The notes under the pieces were generated by a model, which saw only the letters and a program-made list of their open reading frames with translations, was not told the origin of the DNA and searched no databases. A program made the translations under genes and the position numbers. 55,844 nt of DNA from a virus. Taxonomy: Duplodnaviria; Heunggongvirae; Uroviricota; Caudoviricetes. Shown one piece after another: positions 48,275 to 55,464 of the stretch. The stretch's first letter is position 1. Every line of letters begins with the position of its first letter. Where the stretch lies: the IMG/VR virus record IMGVR_UViG_3300043119_000318. One strand, written 5' to 3'.

Positions 48275-48303
48275 ATTATACCTTATCACTGAATAAAAGT
48301 CAA
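48275..48303 (-). promoter_or_regulatory. Sigma70-type early promoter
   Basis: TTGACT-17 nt-TATAAT on the minus strand. Confidence 0.85.
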
Positions 48304-48304
48304 G

Positions 48305-48778
48305 TTATTCCTTACCGAAGCGAGCATTCCTCCAAGAATCTGGAGAGTGCTGCTCGTCCGAGTCGTAGGTAAGCCCCAGAACTTTCATCATCTTGTGCTT
48401 GACACGAAGATTAGGTTGACGATAACGATCAGTTGCAGTAAACCCCATCATGGTAGCAACTTCGACCACAGCACCAGAACGACAGATGCCTGCGAAACAG
48501 TGAACGACCACGTTCATGTGCTTCTCTTGAGCATACTTCAGCAGGCGAACAATCTCGGCAGCTTGATAGTCCTGAAACTTACAATCTTCCGGATAGTCAT
48601 CCTTATCTTCAACGTCAAGAAACTCGAACTGATGAATTTCTTTGAACTTATGAACAGGGTTAGGCTTCCAGCCGGCAGGATCAGTGATGCTGATGAGCAT
48701 GGAGTTAGGACCTGGATCGTAGTGAAACCCAGTGTTAACGTCAGATGCTGCGACGTTTTCGATAAATCGTTGAGTCAT
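48305..48778 (-). CDS. Protein-tyrosine/dual-specificity phosphatase-like protein, 157 aa
   Basis: VVVHCFAGICRSGAV contains the CX5R P-loop; upstream F.FLD.ED acid loop. Confidence 0.75.
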   Translation of the reverse strand: MTQRFIENVAASDVNTGFHYDPGPNSMLISITDPAGWKPNPVHKFKEIHQFEFLDVEDKDDYPEDCKFQDYQAAEIVRLLKYAQEKHMNVVVHCFAGICRSGAVVEVATMMGFTATDRYRQPNLRVKHKMMKVLGLTYDSDEQHSPDSWRNARFGKE

Positions 48779-48780
48779 GA

Positions 48781-49050
48781 TTAAATCATATCCAGTTGAA
48801 CTTCGAACCCATTGCAGGTGCGAACAAAACCAGTAGGAACCAAGCCGCCGCAGCTCTTCTCAAGAGCACGGAGCTGCGCCAAGTAGTAGACAGCTTCAGT
48901 CGCGGCACCACCGGCACCAGTCGTAGCGAAAGTGCCCATAAAAATTTGCTTGAGATCCAGATAGAGACCGACCTCAACATCATTCTTGCGAAGCATGATG
49001 CGGAACTTTTGGGTATTTTTGAAGCCAGCGATGATAGACTTGGTACGCAT
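48781..49050 (-). CDS. Hypothetical protein, 89 aa
   Basis: RBS AAGGA and sigma70 promoter upstream. Confidence 0.65.
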   Translation of the reverse strand: MRTKSIIAGFKNTQKFRIMLRKNDVEVGLYLDLKQIFMGTFATTGAGGAATEAVYYLAQLRALEKSCGGLVPTGFVRTCNGFEVQLDMI

Positions 49051-49078
49051 TTCAGGTCCTTTTCAATTCAGTAAAGCT

Positions 49079-49107
49079 ATTATACGTGAAACCTGATTTA
49101 AAGTAAA
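49079..49107 (-). promoter_or_regulatory. Sigma70-type early promoter
   Basis: TTTACT-17 nt-TATAAT on the minus strand. Confidence 0.75.
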
Positions 49108-49131
49108 GACCCTGCAGGTCGTAGGGTCTTT
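49105..49131 (-). terminator. Probable terminator hairpin after the 70-aa gene
   Basis: AAAGACCCT/AGGGTCTTT inverted repeat followed by ACTTT; overlaps the -35 box. Confidence 0.55.
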
Positions 49132-49134
49132 CGG

Positions 49135-49347
49135 TCACTTCTTAGTGGTAGCGTAGACCGTGCAAATAGTGTCCTGTACACCAACATAAGCGCAGCGCAC
49201 CGCTATTGGGTCAATACCCTTTGCGATGGCAGATTCAATATTAGATTTCATAGCCTGATCTCTTGCGTAATTATAATACGTAAGACAACCAATTAAAGTT
49301 ACAGCCATTAATACTAACCCAACACACCAAAATTTGGATTCATCCAT
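49135..49347 (-). CDS. Small membrane protein, 70 aa
   Basis: One N-terminal hydrophobic segment; RBS AGGAG. Confidence 0.65.
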   Translation of the reverse strand: MDESKFWCVGLVLMAVTLIGCLTYYNYARDQAMKSNIESAIAKGIDPIAVRCAYVGVQDTICTVYATTKK

Positions 49348-49357
49348 AATAATCTCC

Positions 49358-49924
49358 TTATTTCAATTCTTTAACTTCGTCACACAATCCCCATTTCTTA
49401 GCTTCCTGAGCAGATAACCATACATCTTGAGCAGGAAGTAATACTTCTCTAATTTCAGAATCTGTTAATCCTGTACATTTCTTATAATGAGCAACCATTC
49501 GTTTTGTGGTCAAGTCGAATTCTTTAACTACCGCGAATAATTCATGTTCTTTACCAAAAGAACCAGAAGAATACTGATGCGAAAGAATAGAAGTATTCGG
49601 AGTTAGAATACGTTGACCTTTAGTTCCACTAATAAAAATTAGTAATCCGGAAGAAGAAATCTGCCCCAATCCAATAGTTCTAATTGGAATAGAAGATCCG
49701 CGCATGACATCAACCAGAGCGAATGCAGCGTTCAAATCTCCGCCAGGTGAACACACGATTAGATTTAATACACTAGGTCTTTCCTCAGAGAAATTCGAAG
49801 TGAAGATCCATTCAATGGTTTGTTTACATGTTTCTAAATTTATTTCTTCCATCAATAGAAAGAATGCGTGTCTTGATTCTACAGAATCATCAATTTTCAA
49901 CAGTCGATTCAGTGCAGTTAACAT
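49358..49924 (-). CDS. clpP: ClpP-like protease subunit, 188 aa
   Basis: SPGG, GQISSSG (nucleophile position), HQ and D.WLSAQEAKKWGLCDEV motifs match the ClpP layout. Confidence 0.85.
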   Translation of the reverse strand: MLTALNRLLKIDDSVESRHAFFLLMEEINLETCKQTIEWIFTSNFSEERPSVLNLIVCSPGGDLNAAFALVDVMRGSSIPIRTIGLGQISSSGLLIFISGTKGQRILTPNTSILSHQYSSGSFGKEHELFAVVKEFDLTTKRMVAHYKKCTGLTDSEIREVLLPAQDVWLSAQEAKKWGLCDEVKELK

Positions 49925-50445
49925 TAAATGCTCTCTTTATAAAAAATATGCCTACCAATTACAACAGTCTTTTGTAATTTCCATTTTGGATTAACATAAT
50001 TCGCGTGATAAAACAACGAACCCTGCGTAATGTCTATTAGATTTTCATAGTTAGAATATACATGAAGTGCTACTTTACGCGCACTTTCATAAACATCATT
50101 ATTCCTAAGTTTACCAAGTTTCAAACATACCCAAGAAAATTGACAAGTAGTGTTAACTTTTTGTTTAACTACATCACATACCTTTTTAGGATATCTTGGA
50201 TCGTTAAGACGATTTAGTGTAACCAGAGCAACAGCAACTTGCCCAGTTTCACTTTCATAACCTGCCTCATAGTATATATTATCAGCTAAACAGTCGATTT
50301 CTTTTTGAGCCACTGGAGTTAAGTCCGAGTAATCAATATTCAAAAGTTTTCGGTCTATATTTGACGAGACGATAGTCGTCATGATCATAACAAAGCAAAG
50401 AACAGCGACTAGTGCCTGGATATGTAGTTTTTTCACATTTTGCAT
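49924..50445 (-). CDS. SleB-like cell wall hydrolase with N-terminal signal anchor, about 173 aa
   Basis: CLA.NIYYEA..E...GQ.AVA.VTLNR...YP..VC.VV.Q...CQFSW and FYHA.YV.P.W...IG.HIFY motifs. Start set at ATG 50443-50445 with RBS AAAGGAG. Confidence 0.85.
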   Translation of the reverse strand: MQNVKKLHIQALVAVLCFVMIMTTIVSSNIDRKLLNIDYSDLTPVAQKEIDCLADNIYYEAGYESETGQVAVALVTLNRLNDPRYPKKVCDVVKQKVNTTCQFSWVCLKLGKLRNNDVYESARKVALHVYSNYENLIDITQGSLFYHANYVNPKWKLQKTVVIGRHIFYKESI

Positions 50446-50462
50446 AGTTTCTCCTTTATGAA

Positions 50463-50492
50463 TACAAATGGCGCCCGAAAGCGCCATTTGTA
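50463..50492 (-). terminator. Strong hairpin with UUCG loop (terminator or RNA stabiliser)
   Basis: 12-bp stem TACAAATGGCGC/GCGCCATTTGTA, loop reads (T)TTCG(G) on the minus strand; the U-tract is weak. Confidence 0.65.
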
Positions 50493-50522
50493 AGGTAGAC
50501 TTTGCTAGAAGTCTCTATATTT

Positions 50523-50717
50523 TTACTTCTTTGCAGCAGATGCAGCTACTTCTGGTGCGCTAGCAGCTTTCTTCTTTGGAACAGGCTTGTTCTGAGAAGG
50601 TTCTTTCTTCGCGACAGATGCTGCCTTAGCGGGAGCAGATGCAGCTGCTGCAGGAGCAGTGGTAGCGAAAGAACTGGCAGAGAAAGCGAGAGCAATAACA
50701 GCTAAGAGAGTTTTCAT
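50523..50717 (-). CDS. Small exported Ala/Lys/Pro-rich protein, 64 aa
   Basis: Signal peptide MKTLLAVIALAFSASSFA followed by a low-complexity tail. Confidence 0.65.
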   Translation of the reverse strand: MKTLLAVIALAFSASSFATTAPAAAASAPAKAASVAKKEPSQNKPVPKKKAASAPEVAASAAKK

Positions 50718-51220
50718 TTAATTTCCTTTATTTTCATAACTTGGAACTCGATATCTGGGTAGTATAAAAACAAAGCGTTCCATACTGCCCTCCATTTTTT
50801 GATAAATCTTATTCCAACAGTATCAGTTTTTGGTACGAATGCATCAGTAGAAGATGCGATAGTTTCACTAAACATAGAATCGCATCCCCATATGTCTATC
50901 TTATCGCAACCTATTGTACTTAGGTATTGTACAGCATAGTGAGCAGCATTATGCCAGTCGCGCACTTTGAATACACACAAGATAACATATTTATCTACGA
51001 TTCTAAGTTCTTTGAGTTTTTCAAATACCTTCTCACTTATGATGATCGGGCATGTGATTAACTCTGGTGTGTTTTTGAGTATGTAAACTATTTCTTCATC
51101 ACAAATAACAGTGGCATCAACGCTATATTCTTCACCTGGAAAATTACAGCCAATAATTATATCACCACTGCGATCATAGAGATGTTTACTAGGTCCATTC
51201 CCTAGAATCACACCCTTCAT
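50714..51220 (-). CDS. Hypothetical Rossmann-type protein, DUF115/sialyltransferase-like motifs, 168 aa
   Basis: ILGNGPS...IGCN at the N-terminus and A..A..YL...G...I.IWG.D later; the function is uncertain. Confidence 0.5.
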   Translation of the reverse strand: MKGVILGNGPSKHLYDRSGDIIIGCNFPGEEYSVDATVICDEEIVYILKNTPELITCPIIISEKVFEKLKELRIVDKYVILCVFKVRDWHNAAHYAVQYLSTIGCDKIDIWGCDSMFSETIASSTDAFVPKTDTVGIRFIKKWRAVWNALFLYYPDIEFQVMKIKEIK

Positions 51221-51221
51221 A

Positions 51222-51647
51222 TTAGAACTTTACATTAAGCCCAACAGTTGTCAACATTCCATTATAATCATTGACGCGAGATTGCCCGATAAATCGTTCA
51301 ACACTAGCAACTGCGCTAACGTTCTTAGTGATGGTATAGGTTGCCTTGGCTCCGGCAGTCAAACCATATCCGTTAACACCACCAAGAGTATCCTGGAATA
51401 CTGCAGCGCCACCGGCAGACAGATTAACTGGTCCGACCTTGGTTAGTGCAAAATCCTTACCAACAGCATATCGATTATAGCGACCATCAACATGCGTTGC
51501 AGATGCAGTAAATCCCTTAAAATCAGTAGCTACACGATAGCCAACGCCATCGATTCCAGCATGATCATTAACCGCGGAAACAGTAACTTCCGCAGCAGTT
51601 GCGGCACCAGCCATAACGATCAATGCGATCATTGCAATTTTTTTCAT
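51222..51647 (-). CDS. Putative small outer-membrane beta-barrel protein, 141 aa
   Basis: Signal peptide ending AATA, alternating hydrophobic strands, C-terminal VGLNVKF with terminal Phe; RBS GGAG. Confidence 0.7.
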   Translation of the reverse strand: MKKIAMIALIVMAGAATAAEVTVSAVNDHAGIDGVGYRVATDFKGFTASATHVDGRYNRYAVGKDFALTKVGPVNLSAGGAAVFQDTLGGVNGYGLTAGAKATYTITKNVSAVASVERFIGQSRVNDYNGMLTTVGLNVKF

Positions 51648-51671
51648 AAAATCTCCAAAGTTAATAAAAGT

Positions 51672-51990
51672 GGTAGCTTATTCTGTTACGAGGAAAGCTA
51701 CCGAAACCCTAAGCAGTGTTTAGGCTGCTAATGCGACGTCAAAGACGCTGTCGTTTGCATTTACGTTGTTTTGCTTGATTTACGGTCATCGCCTACCGAG
51801 CAGCCTCGAAAGATACTTTACAGTCAATCGATTCCAGTTCACCCCCATCAAAAACACAGAAGTCCGTAAAGGGGACCTGTCTCTTGTATGTTCGCTAGTT
51901 GCGATCTGAAGCCAACATACCGTCTATCTGTGCTTTTGGTGGAGGTGGGGGCTTCGAAGCCCCGTCTTGTCCGGATTTTTCAATCTCGGT
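51672..51990 (-). ncRNA. ssrA: Circularly permuted (two-piece) tmRNA gene
   Basis: Acceptor piece ends CACCTCC-A-CCA (51947-51937). Coding piece starts GGGGGTG (51846-51840), giving a 7-bp acceptor stem with G3.U70. Tag frame 51758-51720 reads ANDSVFDVALAA*. Inter-piece pairings: TTG/CAA, ATCTTTCGA/TTGAAAAAT, CTCGGT/ACCGAG. Confidence 0.9.
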
Positions 51991-52609
51991 TTACTGCCAT
52001 TAAACGACCCCTGACTAATTTCTCAATCATAGGATCGGATTCTTTTAAATAAAAGTTTACACTTCCATCATTATACCAATGTCTGCCATATGCGTTATTG
52101 GATTTATTTTTATTCCTGTCTTTCCATTCTGTAGTAGTTATCCAACCTGTTGGAATATCCTTCAGTCGTTTTCTGTTAGTTAAATCTATAGCTGTTTCTT
52201 CAACACACCACTTAGAACCATATTGGGAATTTTTTATTCCTTGCTGATGGTTTCTTTCAGACATCGTTCTTTTTTTCTTAGCAATAGCTTCTGGCGTATT
52301 CGCTAATATAGCAACCTGCTTACGAAATTCTTCATTAACTGAAAAGTTATTTGCAGTTTTAATACCAGAAAATGGATTGCCATATTTATCAAGTCTAGCT
52401 TTCGCAGCTTCTGATTGCAGGCGTTTAACTAATTGTTCCTTAGATATTAAGCCAGAGAGACCCTGCCATGCAACGTAGTCTTGCCAGTGCCCATGTTCTT
52501 CAAAAAGTTTTCTATGTGCTTCGGCATGATCTTCAACAGTTAATTCTATTAAATTATCAGAATCATCGGTGCCGCCCATGTGTTTTGGAATTATATGATG
52601 TTTGTGCAT
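51980..52609 (-). CDS. HNH homing endonuclease, 209 aa
   Basis: HKHHIIPKHMGG.D..DNLI.LT.EDHAEAH motif and N..YG..W(Y) repeats in the C-terminal DNA-binding part; own late promoter and RBS AAGGAG. Confidence 0.9.
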   Translation of the reverse strand: MHKHHIIPKHMGGTDDSDNLIELTVEDHAEAHRKLFEEHGHWQDYVAWQGLSGLISKEQLVKRLQSEAAKARLDKYGNPFSGIKTANNFSVNEEFRKQVAILANTPEAIAKKKRTMSERNHQQGIKNSQYGSKWCVEETAIDLTNRKRLKDIPTGWITTTEWKDRNKNKSNNAYGRHWYNDGSVNFYLKESDPMIEKLVRGRLMAVNRD

Positions 52610-52628
52610 GAAATCTCCTTATTATAGT

Positions 52629-52636
52629 TATTTATA
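52629..52636 (-). promoter_or_regulatory. T4-type late promoter TATAAATA of the HNH gene
   Basis: Exact consensus about 20 nt upstream of the HNH ATG. Confidence 0.8.
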
Positions 52637-52649
52637 ATAATTCGATTTT

Positions 52650-52700
52650 CGGAATCGAACCGCCGTCCAGAACACTTTTTGATTCACTTCATACAACCAT
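52650..52700 (-). pseudogene. 5' remnant of a second tmRNA acceptor piece, truncated in the T-stem
   Basis: Minus strand reads GTTGTATGAAGTGAATCAAAAAGTGTTCTG-GAC-GGCGG-TTCGATT-CCG, then breaks off into the HNH leader. Confidence 0.7.
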
Positions 52701-52707
52701 AGTCACT

Positions 52708-52736
52708 ATTATACATCATAAAACCTTAAAAGTCAA
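52708..52736 (-). promoter_or_regulatory. Sigma70-type promoter upstream of the tmRNA remnant/HNH/tmRNA locus
   Basis: TTGACT-17 nt-TATAAT on the minus strand. Confidence 0.85.
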
Positions 52737-53392
52737 ATTTTGTATTGCTTCTTGTACTGAGCGCGAAGTTTACAAAATTCACTAATCCAAGTGTCTCTCT
52801 TCTCCATGAAAAGAAGAGGATTGTCATTATCAACTGCCATCATTACTGCAAGATGACCAACAGGAATTCCTGTTCTTTCTTCAAACGCAACTGCATACGC
52901 TGCAGTTTGCATAAAGTACCCATGAATGTCATCACGGTATTTAACCTTGCTTGAAGTCTTAAAGTCAATGACGCACAACTTACCACGAAACTCTGCAATG
53001 CAATCTACTGTCCCTGCAACTTCCAAGTGATCAGAATAAAGAGGAGTCTCAAGTGCATGTATGTTATCTATCTCAGAAATAAGAGGGATTATGCTGTTAA
53101 ACATATCCTGATCAAACATGTCTGGCTTGACTGGCTTTCCGAGTAGATAATCTTCGCAGAACGAGTGTATACGAGTTCCTCTCCTGGACGCTCGAGAAGA
53201 GATTTTATTCGCTTCTTCATTTCCAACTCGCTTTCGCCACTCCATAATGGCTTGTATACCAAGCAATCCGGTAACGGTAGTAACGGATGGATAGGCTCTA
53301 CCCGTTGGAGTGTTGTAAACACGCGACCCGTTATCGGCAGTTGCACGTGAGATTTGGGGAATATCATGATGTATAAATGTTTTCATTTCCAA
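52733..53392 (-). CDS. PD-(D/E)XK exonuclease (Cas4-like superfamily), 219 aa
   Basis: YPSVTTV, RGT..H..CE.YL, E..LYS....AG.VDCIAE..G.L.VIDFKTS and Q..AYA motifs. Confidence 0.85.
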   Translation of the reverse strand: MEMKTFIHHDIPQISRATADNGSRVYNTPTGRAYPSVTTVTGLLGIQAIMEWRKRVGNEEANKISSRASRRGTRIHSFCEDYLLGKPVKPDMFDQDMFNSIIPLISEIDNIHALETPLYSDHLEVAGTVDCIAEFRGKLCVIDFKTSSKVKYRDDIHGYFMQTAAYAVAFEERTGIPVGHLAVMMAVDNDNPLLFMEKRDTWISEFCKLRAQYKKQYKI

Positions 53393-54096
53393 TATTTCGT
53401 GTAGTCAATCTTGTTCCAATATTCAACGTTATTTCTATTCCAAAAATTTTTGATAAGATAGACTGCCATACCAAAGTATCCCATCTGCTGGAATCTTCTA
53501 CTATCTTGACCAAAGTAATGATTTACTAATTTGAACTTTTTGACGTCATATTTTTTAGATAAAAAGAAATCTTCACTGGTTTCAAATTTGGCTGGAAAGC
53601 CACCAAACTCTTCAAACTTGTCTCTTCTAGTCAACATAAAAGCACCAACAGCAAAAGGAACCCAATGTCTCATAACTCCATTAATAACATTGAACAACAT
53701 AAATCCAATCTGGGCTCTGATGGAATTATCATAACACTTTGCATATAATCCAATCAGATCTAAATTATTGGATTCTAGTTCGATCACAGAGTCTAATATA
53801 ACTGAGTCAGAGAAAAATCTAACATCACTATCAATGAATAAAATATATGGAGTAGTGGCAAGTTTAGCGCCAGCGTTCTTGGCAATTGAAACTGGACCAC
53901 CATCAATAATTTCTACATTTAGATTACCCATATATTCTTTAATAACATTTCTGGTGTTATCAGTAGAACAATCTGCAATGATAATTCTAGTTTGACCTAT
54001 GTTCTGGTGCTTTAGATGCTCCAATAAATGTGAAATATAAGTCTCTTCATTTTTACAAGGAACAACTATGGTAATTTTATTTTGCAACATTTTCAA
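53383..54096 (-). CDS. Glycosyltransferase family 2, 237 aa
   Basis: IVVPCKNEE.YI..LL..L, IADCSTDNT, A.N.GA..A..PYILFIDSD (DxD) and EDF motifs. Confidence 0.9.
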   Translation of the reverse strand: MKMLQNKITIVVPCKNEETYISHLLEHLKHQNIGQTRIIIADCSTDNTRNVIKEYMGNLNVEIIDGGPVSIAKNAGAKLATTPYILFIDSDVRFFSDSVILDSVIELESNNLDLIGLYAKCYDNSIRAQIGFMLFNVINGVMRHWVPFAVGAFMLTRRDKFEEFGGFPAKFETSEDFFLSKKYDVKKFKLVNHYFGQDSRRFQQMGYFGMAVYLIKNFWNRNNVEYWNKIDYTKYWK

Positions 54097-54835
54097 TTTC
54101 CTTATCCCATGTCACTATTTCCCAACGACCATCTTGGTGTTCGACTAGAGCAGTGCAAGATTCAACCCAATCACCATCATTCATGTAGACAATACCATCA
54201 ATGTCTTTTATTTCAGCATGATGTATATGTCCACATATAACACCATCGAATCCACGTTTCTTACAATAAGAAGAAAGATTCTTCTCGAAGTGGAATATAA
54301 AGTCTACTGCTTTCTTTACTTTAGTTTTTAGATATCTACTAAGGCTAAAGTACCCAAACCCAAAACGATGGCGTATCCAATTAAATTTACTATTAAGAGA
54401 TAAAATAAAATCATATGCTTTATCTCCTAAAAAAGATAACCATGGAGCGAGCCTGGTGATTCCATCAAACAAATCACCATGAACAACTAGATAATGTTTA
54501 CCGTCAGCGCCGATGTGCTCTGCTTGATTGTGAATTTCTACAAGACCAAAACTAAACCCATATGGAATCATTGGACGTAGAAATTCGTCATGATTACCTG
54601 CGACGTATATTACTTTAGTTCCACGTTTGGCATGACCGAGAACCCTACGAACAACATTAGTATGCGATTGTTTCCAACGCCACTTGTTCTGTTGTATACG
54701 CCACGCATCAATAATGTCACCAACAAGATATAAAGTTTCACAAGTGTTATGTTTGAGAAAATCGTTTAATTGCTCTGCCTTACAAGCTCCAGTTCCCAAA
54801 TGCACATCACTTATGAAAATAGTTCTGTAGTGCAT
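54077..54835 (-). CDS. LpxH/PlcP-family metallophosphoesterase, 252 aa
   Basis: SDVHLG, LVGDIID.W, GNHD, HGD.FD, GHIHH and NDGDWVESCTALVEH motifs. Confidence 0.9.
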   Translation of the reverse strand: MHYRTIFISDVHLGTGACKAEQLNDFLKHNTCETLYLVGDIIDAWRIQQNKWRWKQSHTNVVRRVLGHAKRGTKVIYVAGNHDEFLRPMIPYGFSFGLVEIHNQAEHIGADGKHYLVVHGDLFDGITRLAPWLSFLGDKAYDFILSLNSKFNWIRHRFGFGYFSLSRYLKTKVKKAVDFIFHFEKNLSSYCKKRGFDGVICGHIHHAEIKDIDGIVYMNDGDWVESCTALVEHQDGRWEIVTWDKEIENVAK

Positions 54836-54840
54836 TTTAA

Positions 54841-55461
54841 TTAAGCCAGTAAAGTTATCGCTTCGTTATAGTGAGCGATACGGTCTTCAAGTCCAATGTA
54901 GCCACCATTGATTTTGCGAGTCATGGTTTTGATATCACCAGCGTCAGCTTCTTTGTTAAGATTATTCTTGTTCCAAAACCAGATGGCAGACATAAGAGCA
55001 AAGTCTTTATCATAAGTAACCCAATCAGGATTATTTACAACTTCTTCCCAATTATCAAACATATCTTTGGCAAACAGCGTATAGTTAGATCGACCAGTTA
55101 ACTGAATCGGTCCGCGTCCACGAAATTTGTATCCATCGCCAGACTGTTCACTACCATTACCCATTCTATTTGAATAGATTTTATTGGCAATCAATTGCGG
55201 TTTACGAGCATATGGTGTAGCAAGTTCAATGGTAGGGAAATACTTCTTAAAAGTCGCAACCAGTCCAGGTGCAGAGTAATTCAAATTTTCTTCGAATACT
55301 GTCCATCCAGCAGACTCATGACCGCACTGAGCAAGAAATGCTGCAATGCGTTCTGGAGTATCAATATTGTATGTAGGAAATACTTCTGCCATCGAATTTG
55401 CCCACGCTTCAGGTTCCTTATTTCTAGGGAAAAGCTGAGCGAATTGATCTGCAGTAATCAT
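54841..55461 (-). CDS. GH19 endolysin, 206 aa
   Basis: AAFLAQCGHES...ENLNYS, FRGRGPIQLTGR.NY, A.WFW and T.KINGG..GL.DR motifs. Confidence 0.9.
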   Translation of the reverse strand: MITADQFAQLFPRNKEPEAWANSMAEVFPTYNIDTPERIAAFLAQCGHESAGWTVFEENLNYSAPGLVATFKKYFPTIELATPYARKPQLIANKIYSNRMGNGSEQSGDGYKFRGRGPIQLTGRSNYTLFAKDMFDNWEEVVNNPDWVTYDKDFALMSAIWFWNKNNLNKEADAGDIKTMTRKINGGYIGLEDRIAHYNEAITLLA

Positions 55462-55464
55462 TTG

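Noticed and set aside
51937-51966. Standalone tRNA gene
   Set aside because: There is no D-arm or anticodon arm upstream of the T-arm; the matching 5' acceptor strand lies downstream and leads to a tag frame.
51980-52650. Group I intron in the tmRNA T-loop
   Set aside because: Only about 40 nt upstream and about 15 nt downstream of the HNH ORF are available, with no visible catalytic core or U.G splice-site pair; the coding piece also does not pair with the upstream exon candidate.
52733-53392. Cas4 as part of a CRISPR-Cas system
   Set aside because: No array or other cas genes; standalone PD-(D/E)XK exonucleases are common in T4-like phages.
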